A stretch of 64,000 nt of DNA from assembly GCA_016186945.1 (NCBI GenBank), contig JACPKR010000003.1:11542-75541 (forward strand). The letters are read 5' to 3'. Positions 1-9,185 of the stretch are shown here, in pieces. The number at the start of each line of letters is the position of its first letter. The stretch's first letter is position 1. This DNA comes from Deltaproteobacteria bacterium. Its GTDB lineage: Bacteria; Bdellovibrionota_B; Oligoflexia; Oligoflexales; Bog-1112. The position numbers and the translations under genes are program-made. The notes below the pieces were generated by a model. The model made no database searches, was not told where the DNA came from, and saw nothing but the letters and a program-made list of their open reading frames with translations.

Positions 1-1083
1 CGTTTTGGCTTTATCGTTACGAATTTGTCCAATCAGGTTAGCTGGGGGGCCTATATTGCCAACTTTACGTTCCTTGTCGGCGTTGCTGCGGCAGCAGTTC
101 TCTTAGTCGTCCCAACATACGTATACGAGCGACCAGAGATCAAAAAGGTAGTGATCATCGGTGAATTGCTAGCCCTTGCATCAATCGTTATGTGTCTGCT
201 CTTTGTAACCGTTGACCTGGGCAATCCGCAGCGTTTCATTCACATGATTCCACCCTTTGGAAAGATAAACTTTCCTGAGTCCATCCTGGCATGGGATGTG
301 ATCGTTCTTACCGGGTATTTGCTGCTCAACCTTCACATACCCGGCTACCTGCTCTACCAGAAATATCGTAATCGTCCCGCATCCAAAAGATTCTATATGC
401 CCTTTGTCTATGTTTCGATGATTTGGGCCATCAGTATCCACACAGTCACGGCCTTTCTCTTCAGTGGTTTCGGCAGCCGACCCTTCTGGAACAGCGCCAT
501 CCTGGCGCCACGCTTCCTTATCAGTGCCTTTGCTGCCGGTCCTGCGCTGATCATCATCATCTTCCACTTCATGAACAAACTGTCTTCACAGAAGGTAGAA
601 AAAAGTGCGACCGAGTTCTTCTCTCGCATCATTGCTTACACACTTCCCACTAACCTATTCCTGTTCATGTGTGAATTGTTCAAGGAATTCTATTCGGACA
701 CCTTGCATAATCTTTCGGCTCATTACCTGCTCTTTGGAATTCATGGGCACTTTATGATTGCCCCCTATGTCTGGGCTGCGATCGTTTTCCAAGTGTCGTC
801 ATCCTTTGTCTTTATCTTTCCTGCATTCAGGCGCAGGCACAACTTACTCCTGGCTGCCTGTGGTCTTGCCTTCCTCGGCATCTGGATAGAGAAAGGCATG
901 GGCTTGATAGTGCCCGGCTTCCTTCCCACGCCCCTTGGCGATCTCGTTGAGTACACGCCGTCTCTCGTGGAATTCTTCGTTTGCTTGGGAATCTGGTCTG
1001 TCGGGGCCTTTCTCTTCACCGCCTTTTCCAAGGTGGCCATCGCCATAAACACGGGAAAACTTGCCAAGAAAAATCTGCCTTAG
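1..1083 (+). CDS. NrfD/DsrP-family polysulfide-reductase-type membrane anchor, 5' truncated by window edge
   Basis: Frame open from base 1 (RFGFIVTNLSNQVSWGAYIANFTFLVGVAA). Multi-TM protein with VDLGNP and WIEKG..LIVPG motifs typical of DsrP/HmcC-like NrfD proteins. Confidence 0.85.
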   Translation, partial: RFGFIVTNLSNQVSWGAYIANFTFLVGVAAAAVLLVVPTYVYERPEIKKVVIIGELLALASIVMCLLFVTVDLGNPQRFIHMIPPFGKINFPESILAWDVIVLTGYLLLNLHIPGYLLYQKYRNRPASKRFYMPFVYVSMIWAISIHTVTAFLFSGFGSRPFWNSAILAPRFLISAFAAGPALIIIIFHFMNKLSSQKVEKSATEFFSRIIAYTLPTNLFLFMCELFKEFYSDTLHNLSAHYLLFGIHGHFMIAPYVWAAIVFQVSSSFVFIFPAFRRRHNLLLAACGLAFLGIWIEKGMGLIVPGFLPTPLGDLVEYTPSLVEFFVCLGIWSVGAFLFTAFSKVAIAINTGKLAKKNLP

Positions 1084-1209
1084 ACCCTTTCCGTTGAAAA
1101 TTGACCATCGCAAGGCCCTGATATCGCTAAGCTAAAAAAATATATTTAAGCTTCTCTCAAGTTAAACCGTTATAAAAAATGGTTGTTTGATATTTGAGAG
1201 GAGAAGGTC

Positions 1210-2268
1210 ATGAAACGCAAGCATTCAAAAGAACACCTACTTGGGGCTCTTCTAGCGTTACTGATGATATCTTGTGGCCAGCAACAAGAAGAGTTTGACA
1301 ACAATCGGTCTGAATCTGCCAATTCAAACAGTGCCAGTGTGGTTTCGGAAAGAAGCTCCAAGGAGTTTGCATACATTCCCGTAACTGTTGCGGAAAGCCC
1401 TGACAGTGCTATCGGCCTCTATGATGGCTTCTTTCTCGCTGCCAATGCAACGAGTTATTCCATCTCTCTAGCGGGTTGCGCATCAGGTTTTACCTCAACA
1501 GCTAACGAAGCGAGCACGAACCTGCAAGTTTACAAGTATGATAAGAGCTGCCTCGCCAAGCTGACGCAATTTGCTATCAACGGTATCACATACTCTGCCA
1601 CGGCAACAGGTGCCACAAACTTCACAACCTGGGCTGCCAACGATACCGCGACCTTTGCGAATACAGTGAGTTCCACAGACACGGTTGGGGTTAAAGTTGT
1701 AGCACAGCTTGCCAACCCTATCACGGGAACAGAGGCTGTCACCTACCTCTTCTACGACATAGAGAAAGGAGCCGACAACTCCAGCTTGACCCAAGCCGTT
1801 GTTGGTGCAGGGCACACTATGACTGTATCTGGTCAGGCTGCACCGTCCTTCACTGTCAATAACGTCAGATACGTTGGTATGACGGCAGGTGGTGCCGGAC
1901 AGTTTGAATTTTCTCTCGAATGTTCAGTCAACTTGACGAATGCCAACACCACCTGTAAAGACGTGACGCTGACAGATATCGACTATAAACTCGTTGAAGA
2001 TACCTACACCAGTACACTCACGCTCGCTAACGCAAATACGATCTTCGGTACCGCTGGCACCTCGGTCGCAGGTGGTGAAGTGGTGGCTGTAGGAGGCACA
2101 GATGCGGATAGTAACACTCTTACCAAGGGGGGTTACTATACGAACAATACGACTCCATTAGACGGACCAGCGACGATTCATTCCAAACCGAATATGATTT
2201 TCATCATGAGAGCGGGAAGTTCCTATCAGTATTTCAACGTGGACGTTACGATCTTGACTCAAGACTAA
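1210..2268 (+). CDS. Predicted lipoprotein, Thr/Ser/Ala/Gly/Asn-rich (paralog 1)
   Basis: SD GGAGAAGG upstream; lipobox LMISC; colinear similarity to 2343..3326 including 4 Cys and the C-terminal SYxYFNVDV. Confidence 0.85.
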   Translation: MKRKHSKEHLLGALLALLMISCGQQQEEFDNNRSESANSNSASVVSERSSKEFAYIPVTVAESPDSAIGLYDGFFLAANATSYSISLAGCASGFTSTANEASTNLQVYKYDKSCLAKLTQFAINGITYSATATGATNFTTWAANDTATFANTVSSTDTVGVKVVAQLANPITGTEAVTYLFYDIEKGADNSSLTQAVVGAGHTMTVSGQAAPSFTVNNVRYVGMTAGGAGQFEFSLECSVNLTNANTTCKDVTLTDIDYKLVEDTYTSTLTLANANTIFGTAGTSVAGGEVVAVGGTDADSNTLTKGGYYTNNTTPLDGPATIHSKPNMIFIMRAGSSYQYFNVDVTILTQD

Positions 2269-2288
2269 ACTTTTACTCTAGGAGAGGT

Positions 2289-2333
2289 GAAAACCCTTCG
2301 TCTGGTCGATGCTGACATAGACGAAGGGTTTTC
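2289..2333. promoter_or_regulatory. Intercistronic perfect 15-bp inverted repeat (stem-loop)
   Basis: GAAAACCCTTCGTCT (2289-2303) and AGACGAAGGGTTTTC (2319-2333), 15-nt loop. Confidence 0.7.
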
Positions 2334-2342
2334 GACATAAGG

Positions 2343-3326
2343 ATGAAAGAAGGATCGAACATTGTACTGATTTTTGGACTGCTTGCCTTGGGTTGTGGAG
2401 ACCTTTCTGACTTTCTTGCTCAACGTACACAGAACCAGACTCAAGCACATACAGCGTCGTCTGATGAGGAATCTCCTTTCCTCAGCATCAGCGTGGGAAT
2501 AGCTAGAAAAGGCGCGAGCCTGAGCTTTTCTCTTGCCGCTAATGCAAGCAGCTTTACAGTAAACATGGCAAATTGCGCGTCAGGGTTCACCTCGACTGCT
2601 GATGCGCAAAGCCTGAATCTACAGGTCTACAGAGATGATGAAAGCTGCCTCGCCAAGCTCACGACCTTTACCTTGAATGGATTCACATATGTTCCTTCCT
2701 CTGGTGATCCCTTTACAACTTGGAGCCAGGGAGATACAGCGACTTTCGAAGTATCTGCTGATCCCAGCAATAATCTTCTTGTAAGCGTAACTTCAACTCT
2801 GAGCAATCCCATCCAGGTTACAGATACGGTGTATTATGAATTTTCCAAGATTGGTGCGGGTGCGAACAAAGGTATTCTGAGTAGCGTTGTTGGTTTTACG
2901 GAAACCTTAATTGACCAAGGACAAACACCACCCCCCTTTACAATTTTGAAAACTCAGTTGCTCGGTGAAACAGCCGGCAAGGGCGGACAGTGGGTTTACA
3001 CCCTGGAATGTACCGCGATGATGTCCGGCACTGACTGCGGGGGGGTAGACCTTTCCGTCATCCGTTACAAGCTTGTGCAGGACACTTACAACAGTGACCT
3101 CACTTTGGTTGAGGCTGCGGCTATTTTCGCTTCGGGGTCCTCATCTATTGCCATCGGGACTGAAGACCTGGCGCCAGGCGCAGGAGGTACGACAAATGGT
3201 GGCTTTTTCACCAAGACCCTCTCCGGCCCTGACAATCTGCATACGAACAACACCATGATCCTCATTTTGGTATCCAATGTACTTTCCTACAAGTATTTCA
3301 ATGTCGACGTGGTGATATCTAACTAG
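2343..3326 (+). CDS. Predicted lipoprotein (paralog 2)
   Basis: Lipobox LALGC; shares CASGFTST, NLQVY..D.SCLAKLT, YKLV.DTY and YFNVDV with 1210..2268. Confidence 0.85.
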   Translation: MKEGSNIVLIFGLLALGCGDLSDFLAQRTQNQTQAHTASSDEESPFLSISVGIARKGASLSFSLAANASSFTVNMANCASGFTSTADAQSLNLQVYRDDESCLAKLTTFTLNGFTYVPSSGDPFTTWSQGDTATFEVSADPSNNLLVSVTSTLSNPIQVTDTVYYEFSKIGAGANKGILSSVVGFTETLIDQGQTPPPFTILKTQLLGETAGKGGQWVYTLECTAMMSGTDCGGVDLSVIRYKLVQDTYNSDLTLVEAAAIFASGSSSIAIGTEDLAPGAGGTTNGGFFTKTLSGPDNLHTNNTMILILVSNVLSYKYFNVDVVISN

Positions 3327-3336
3327 GGAAGGAAGC

Positions 3337-4728
3337 ATGAGAGGCCTTTTACAAATCGTTGTTCTGACAGGTTTCCTTTTCTCCTGTGGGGACCAGGCTG
3401 TGAATAGCGGCTCAAGTTTTGACATTCAGTATTACGTCGATCGTTCCTATACAGGTATAGACACGAATAGCCTGGTGATTAAGTTGAAGGATGCTGCAGG
3501 CTACAAATTCTCTATCTCTGGAGAAGGCTTCGATGCTGATGTGCCCAAAAACTCCTCGCTTCCTGTGCAGGAGCAAACAAACCTGAGCTATTTTGACGAG
3601 GGCTTCTACTCCCTAAGGATTACCATCACGAGACCGGATGGAATCGTCTATGTCGAAGACTACCTGACATGGGACTATAGCAAGGAAGTACCACCACGCC
3701 CGGATATTTCATTTTCAGAGGCAGCGACTGCTGATGATATCGTTGACTTTTTAATGCCTGGCAATCTCGACCCCGCGATTGCTGAATTGTGGATAGAGGG
3801 CGATCTTGCGTCGTCAGGGGGCGCCTGGCATAAAATAGGGTCCGATCTCAAAATAACGAAGTCGGTCACACTCGCGGACGGAGTCAAGAATTTCAGGGTA
3901 AAATACCGCAACATCTACGGGAACATTGGCGATTCCGTAGATATGAGCATCTTGAAGAAGAGCGTAGGCCCGCAAAACTGCCAGGCAAAATTAGCCAGCA
4001 CAAGCTCCGCTTCTTCCCGTATACGGCTCTTTCTTTCTGTAGAAAATGACGGGGAGATGTCCTACCAGATTACAGGGGATGTCAACCCTACGCCTTGGGA
4101 AACATTCGAAGATGAAGGGGAAGTGGTCGCGATATTGGCAGGCGACCCAGGCGTGAAACAGTTAGTCGTCTCGATGAAAGACGTGGCCGGTAATGCATGT
4201 CCTGACATTCCCCTTACGGTCACCCTGGATCCATCCTACGAACCCTATTCCGTTACCATAAAAGATGATCTTCTCTGGACTGACGAGCTAAATGTTACGG
4301 CCGTACTCAAATTTGATCGTCTTCCCAGCGACGTGATTGAAATGTATATCAGCGGAGGAATCAGCGCAGGAGAGAAGATTGAAAGCTGGATTCCCTTTGA
4401 AGAAGAACTCGAAATCCGCCTTTCTCCCGTGGACGGTAACCGCTTCGTCTATGCGCAATATCGCGACGAGGACGGAAACCTGTCAGAGAAGGTTTACGCG
4501 GCCATCTTCCTCAAACCCTTCGTCTATCTCAACTCCTTCGGCTCCTCCTATTACGTTGCGGTCAGTAATTTTGTTCCCATCGTGGACCTGAGCATCAGCG
4601 GCTGCTCCCAAACTTACAACCATGTTGCTTACCAAGAGAACTACATTTGCAATTTATCTGCCAGTCAGGTAGAGGTAAGCTATTTCCTCAGCGATGGAAG
4701 TTCGGTTACGCGATCGGCTAGCCCCTGA
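3337..4728 (+). CDS. Predicted lipoprotein with three Ig-like repeats
   Basis: Lipobox LFSC; three repeats of the form W...L...(D/P)G.k...v.y(R/K)(D/N)..GN (DGVKNFRVKYRNIYGN, PGVKQLVVSMKDVAGN, DGNRFVYAQYRDEDGN). Confidence 0.75.
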   Translation: MRGLLQIVVLTGFLFSCGDQAVNSGSSFDIQYYVDRSYTGIDTNSLVIKLKDAAGYKFSISGEGFDADVPKNSSLPVQEQTNLSYFDEGFYSLRITITRPDGIVYVEDYLTWDYSKEVPPRPDISFSEAATADDIVDFLMPGNLDPAIAELWIEGDLASSGGAWHKIGSDLKITKSVTLADGVKNFRVKYRNIYGNIGDSVDMSILKKSVGPQNCQAKLASTSSASSRIRLFLSVENDGEMSYQITGDVNPTPWETFEDEGEVVAILAGDPGVKQLVVSMKDVAGNACPDIPLTVTLDPSYEPYSVTIKDDLLWTDELNVTAVLKFDRLPSDVIEMYISGGISAGEKIESWIPFEEELEIRLSPVDGNRFVYAQYRDEDGNLSEKVYAAIFLKPFVYLNSFGSSYYVAVSNFVPIVDLSISGCSQTYNHVAYQENYICNLSASQVEVSYFLSDGSSVTRSASP

Positions 4729-4750
4729 AACCGGTGCTATAATGGTTATA

Positions 4751-5731
4751 ATGAATGTGAATCAAAAGATTGCCGTAGTTATACCAAGTTATAAGGTACA
4801 AAGTCACATCCTGCTTGGCCTAATCAAGGCGATTGGCCCTGAGGTGTGTCGCATTTACGTGGTCGATGACTGCTGTCCCCTTGGCTCCGGGTCCTCCGTG
4901 AAAGAGAACAACAATGACGCCCGCGTGGTAGTCATACGCCACGATGAGAATCAAGGTGTAGGCGGAGCCGTGATGTCGGGATATCTGGCAGCTATCGACG
5001 AAGGTATGGATGTCATCGTCAAAGTTGACGGCGATGGACAGATGGACCCGACACTGATTCCTGAATTTGTTCGCCCCATTATTGACGGGGAAGCGGACTA
5101 CACCAAGGGCAACCGCTTCTTCGATTGGGAAGCGGTAAAAGCAATGCCGCGGGTTCGCTTGTTTGGTAACGCGGTGCTCTCGTTTATGACCAAGCTGTCC
5201 TCGGGCTACTGGAATCTTTTCGACCCGAGCAATGGTTACACCGCGATAGATGCGAATGTCGCCAGGCTATTGCCCTTTAAAAAAATCAGCAAGCGTTATT
5301 TCTTTGAAACCGACATGATGTTTCGGTTGAATACGCTCAATGCGGTGGTTCTGGATGTCCCCATGAACGCAAAGTACGGCGACGAAGTCAGTAACTTGAA
5401 GATAACGAAAATCGTCGGCGAGTTCATGACGAAGCATCTTAGGAACTTCCTGAAACGCTTATTCTACAGGTACTACCTTCGTGACCTCTCGTTAGCCTCG
5501 ATTGAATTGCCGCTCGGCGTCATGCTTTTTCTTTTCGGCACGATTTTTGGTGCCTATCACTGGATCGTCTCCTCGCGGGGCGATGTGCTAACACCAACGG
5601 GTACCATCATGTTAGCCGCTCTACCCATCTTGATGGGTTTGCAGTTGGTTCTTGCCTTCCTTGGAAGTGACATCTCTTCGGTACCCGTCAGACCCATCGG
5701 GCGCCGTCTTCGAGGTCGATCAGGCCAATGA
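4751..5731 (+). CDS. Glycosyltransferase family 2 (DPM-synthase / polyprenol-phosphate glycosyltransferase-like) with C-terminal TM helices
   Basis: IAVVIPSY, VVDDC, NQGVGGA, DGDGQMDP and KGNRF motifs. Start moved to the MNVNQK ATG; 4742 is an alternative. Confidence 0.9.
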   Translation: MNVNQKIAVVIPSYKVQSHILLGLIKAIGPEVCRIYVVDDCCPLGSGSSVKENNNDARVVVIRHDENQGVGGAVMSGYLAAIDEGMDVIVKVDGDGQMDPTLIPEFVRPIIDGEADYTKGNRFFDWEAVKAMPRVRLFGNAVLSFMTKLSSGYWNLFDPSNGYTAIDANVARLLPFKKISKRYFFETDMMFRLNTLNAVVLDVPMNAKYGDEVSNLKITKIVGEFMTKHLRNFLKRLFYRYYLRDLSLASIELPLGVMLFLFGTIFGAYHWIVSSRGDVLTPTGTIMLAALPILMGLQLVLAFLGSDISSVPVRPIGRRLRGRSGQ

Positions 5732-7197
5732 CGTATTTGAACAAACGACTCGCGGTCTTCAAGAAAGTCCCAAGAATGGAAGTGGGATACGTTTTTGTTG
5801 TCGCCCTATTTTTATCCTCTCTTTATACAGCAACAAAGATCCCTCCGTTTCAGTCGCCAGACGAATTCGACCACATCAAACGCGCATACCTTCTATCAAA
5901 AGGGACTCTGATTCTCGATTCACCGGAAGGAATGTCATCAGGCGGAATGATAGATTCAGGGCTTGCCTCTTACTTTGCTGCTTATGATAAGTACCCGTTC
6001 GCGCCTGACCGAAAGGTTTCGCAGGAGGAGATTGATCTTGCAAGTGGTATCCAATGGATGGGTGTCAAGCAATTTAGCACTGCTCCCGGGACAGGATATT
6101 ACTTTCCCATCATTTATGCACCGCAGGCCACTGGCCTTGCGGTTGGAGAGTTTCTTGGCATGTCTGTCGATGCTTCCTACAGACTGGCACGCTTATTGAC
6201 GTTACTTGCGGTGTGTTTTTTGTTGCTGCTGGCCTTCAAGCTTTATTCGCCGCCAATAATTATTATGGCTCTTCTCATCATTCCGATGAGTCTCTTTCAA
6301 ATATCATCAGCAAGTCTGGATGGAATCTCAACCGCATTTACGATTTTAGCCCTCTCGGTGTTTTTAAGAATTGCTATCGACAAAGAACGGTCTAACCCAT
6401 GGCTCCTGCTCCTACTGTCAATAAGTGTATTTATAATTGCTTCGGCTAGGGTGCATTTGGCTCTCATGGTTTTACTTGTTTACGGCTCATTTTTTTACAC
6501 GAAAGACAAAAAGAATCTTCTTGCCGGGTTAGCGGTAACTGTTCCTTTGCTGATTTGGATGCTTGTCGCTATCAAAACAACGCATGACACGAGAATTACG
6601 ACTGGGCTTTCAACGACGAGCATTGTTTCATATTATTTTTCCCATCCGCTGACGTTTCTCCAGGTGTTTTTGGATACGTTGACTAATGGTTCTAACCAGT
6701 TGTTTTATGCACACTCCTTTGTCGGAATTCTAGGCTGGCTTGACACCACGTTCCCGAATCACGTCTACACGTATTTCTATACCCTTCTGTTTCTGGCCTG
6801 CGTCTGTTCTTTTTCTCTGAAGCCATTTCACTGGTCAGTTCGAACCTTGCTCTTAGTATGCGCAGCTGGGTCGGTGCTTGTCATATTCTTGGCCCTGCTC
6901 GTTACTTGGACTCCTCATCCGGCAACGATCATTCATGGTGTCCAAGGTCGCTATTTTTTGATTCCCGCAATCATTTTTGCCTATACCATCTCTTTTAGAG
7001 AGGGCCCCATCGCAAAGTTTGTTTTTTATAGAGTATTTGGCATAATTATTTTAACTTTTCTATTTTTCTTTTCAACCCACCGCACCACGCAACTTTTGCA
7101 AAAAAGATATTATCCGTCTACGAAAGAAATGCACGAGTCACAAGCAGTCCCACGCGGATCCGAACTCGTTGCCCTCAAGGACAGGGCCCAGCAATAA
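5728..7197 (+). CDS. DUF2142-like multi-pass membrane protein (putative GT-C fold glycosyltransferase)
   Basis: PPFQSPDEFDH N-terminal motif, GILGWLDT, and HGVQGRYFLIP; ATGA overlap with the GT2 gene. Confidence 0.75.
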   Translation: MTYLNKRLAVFKKVPRMEVGYVFVVALFLSSLYTATKIPPFQSPDEFDHIKRAYLLSKGTLILDSPEGMSSGGMIDSGLASYFAAYDKYPFAPDRKVSQEEIDLASGIQWMGVKQFSTAPGTGYYFPIIYAPQATGLAVGEFLGMSVDASYRLARLLTLLAVCFLLLLAFKLYSPPIIIMALLIIPMSLFQISSASLDGISTAFTILALSVFLRIAIDKERSNPWLLLLLSISVFIIASARVHLALMVLLVYGSFFYTKDKKNLLAGLAVTVPLLIWMLVAIKTTHDTRITTGLSTTSIVSYYFSHPLTFLQVFLDTLTNGSNQLFYAHSFVGILGWLDTTFPNHVYTYFYTLLFLACVCSFSLKPFHWSVRTLLLVCAAGSVLVIFLALLVTWTPHPATIIHGVQGRYFLIPAIIFAYTISFREGPIAKFVFYRVFGIIILTFLFFFSTHRTTQLLQKRYYPSTKEMHESQAVPRGSELVALKDRAQQ

Positions 7198-7206
7198 CCT
7201 TTTCCC

Positions 7207-7911
7207 CTAAAACACGAACCCAACCAAGAAATTGAGGCTTAGCAGGGAAAGCGAATAACTAACAGCTGTTTGAGTCTTCTCCCCTGGAAAAACGCTAGCG
7301 TTACTCGTCCTGACATCGGTATTTTGCAAATCAAAGGGCTGATGCAAATAGTCCAGACTCAGGCCAAAGCGCATGAATTGCCTTTTATTGAACTGCCCCC
7401 CCTTTATGTCACTTATTAGCCCCACTCTTCCCAGCACACCCAACTTTGACGGCTGGCTGTTTTTGTAAGTGACGACCGTCGCATGCTGGAACTCCTGCCC
7501 ATTCACAACTGTAAACGTTCGGTTCTTCGCGGAAAGCTGCCCGAGGAAAAGGCCCTCACCTTGAAACATCAAAATGTTGTCTACACCAAATCTTGTACCA
7601 AAGGAGAGATTTAACCCGACAGCGTTATATACCCCGCTATATTTGATCCCCTCACGCGCGTAGAAAAGTTGAGTGAAATAGGTAGAAGCCCCCACTCCCC
7701 ATACGAAAGACTCCGATTCGTCCGCTTGAATGGATACCGTACCGACAACGGGAACCCCTCTGGTAGAAACAGACGTCTCTACGTTCAAGCTTCCGATAGG
7801 GGAATACCCCGTTTGTACTTCTACGGCAATGCCACCAAAAGCAATAGAAGATAGAAAGACTCCTAGAACATACAGTGTAAAACAAGGCACGAGGTGGAGC
7901 GACTTCCACAT
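7207..7911 (-). CDS. Putative outer-membrane beta-barrel protein
   Basis: SD TAAGGAG 9 nt before ATG 7911; signal peptide; alternating amphipathic strands; ends in aromatic-terminal LNFLVGFVF. Confidence 0.6.
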   Translation of the reverse strand: MWKSLHLVPCFTLYVLGVFLSSIAFGGIAVEVQTGYSPIGSLNVETSVSTRGVPVVGTVSIQADESESFVWGVGASTYFTQLFYAREGIKYSGVYNAVGLNLSFGTRFGVDNILMFQGEGLFLGQLSAKNRTFTVVNGQEFQHATVVTYKNSQPSKLGVLGRVGLISDIKGGQFNKRQFMRFGLSLDYLHQPFDLQNTDVRTSNASVFPGEKTQTAVSYSLSLLSLNFLVGFVF

Positions 7912-7931
7912 GGGCGCCAGCTCCTTAGGGA

Positions 7932-9176
7932 TCAATGCTTGGATAGCGCTGTTAAAAGAAGAGGGTCACCAATGCATAGGAGAGGAACTTTCCTGGATGA
8001 GCGCGCAAACATGAGGAAAAATACTCCGACAAATCCTAACATCACCCCAAATTCAATCCACGGAAAGATCCAGGTCGCCGCATCAGCTAGCTCAGGAATG
8101 ACGAATAGAAGATAGTTCACCCACTGAGCAGCAAGCACCAAACAACACACCGGGATCGTTAAATAAGCCGTCCATTTGGCTGGCTTTGCCACAAGAAGGC
8201 TGAAAGGGACAAGAAAACTTACAAAGGGTGCTGCTACCAACAATTTCAACCAAGGCTGCTCCATGCGCGTCAGGAAAAAGGATGTTTCCTCAGGAATGTT
8301 CGTATACCAATACGTCAAAACGTGAGAGTACGCCAGGTAGGCATAAAAAGCCGTAAATCCGAACAGCAACTTACCAATATCATGAAACTGTTGCCTCTGT
8401 ATAAACTGCCCGAGCGGACCGCCCTTAAAAGCAAACATAAGAATCATAGTCAGGGCAAAAAGCGTCTGCATCATGATGGAAAATGAGAGTCCTCCCCAAA
8501 GAGTTGAAAACCATGTGGGTGACAAGGACATGACAAGATCGAAGGATAGAAGGGAATACAAAAAAGCATAAGCTACTAGAACGGGTGCGGACCAATGCCG
8601 CAAAGCTTTCCGAGACTGTTCGCCAACGATGGCCGCCTTTTCAAGTTCCCCTGAAAGGACAACGGTGTCCGCTGCCGTCGTCTTCTTCCAGTGCCAACGA
8701 GCAAGCGTCAGAATCACAAGCAGCGCGATGACATCTCTGACAATCATGAAGTCTGCTTGTAACCAGACATTCTTTCCATGGTACGCCGCAATCATCTGAG
8801 GGTCCGCGATCCACTTATAGACTTTCCCTGCCTGGAAGAGGTCCAGTTTGATGCACGCAAAAAAGGCAATGAAAAGGACGACCGCTACAGGAAGAAAAGC
8901 GACAAACGACTCGTGAATCCTTTTTATCGGCCTTCCCCAACTTGCTCCTATGAGGTCCTGCATATTTCCAAACGCCACACCTCCAAGGGCTATGGAGAAA
9001 AAGAACATCAGATTGAAGAGTAAACTTCCCCAAGTTCTTGTTTCTTCACCCACGACCATCCCCGCAATAAAGGTGAGAACACCTGCGAGGACAAGAAAAA
9101 TCAGTCCCCCCCGTGCTGTGGAGGGCATGTCCCAATAGAAGCTTTTTCGCTGATTATACAATTCGCTAAGTTTCAT
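7932..9176 (-). CDS. actF: Alternative complex III subunit ActF
   Basis: FD.VMSL.P.WFST, HDIGKLLFGF and WYTNIPEET motifs; operon position. Confidence 0.85.
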   Translation of the reverse strand: MKLSELYNQRKSFYWDMPSTARGGLIFLVLAGVLTFIAGMVVGEETRTWGSLLFNLMFFFSIALGGVAFGNMQDLIGASWGRPIKRIHESFVAFLPVAVVLFIAFFACIKLDLFQAGKVYKWIADPQMIAAYHGKNVWLQADFMIVRDVIALLVILTLARWHWKKTTAADTVVLSGELEKAAIVGEQSRKALRHWSAPVLVAYAFLYSLLSFDLVMSLSPTWFSTLWGGLSFSIMMQTLFALTMILMFAFKGGPLGQFIQRQQFHDIGKLLFGFTAFYAYLAYSHVLTYWYTNIPEETSFFLTRMEQPWLKLLVAAPFVSFLVPFSLLVAKPAKWTAYLTIPVCCLVLAAQWVNYLLFVIPELADAATWIFPWIEFGVMLGFVGVFFLMFARSSRKVPLLCIGDPLLLTALSKH

Positions 9177-9185
9177 AAAATGCTC

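Noticed and set aside
7147-7164. AVPRGS / GGATCC resembling a vector thrombin-BamHI junction or a REP end
   Set aside because: Only a short match, with no other vector or REP sequence nearby; likely chance.
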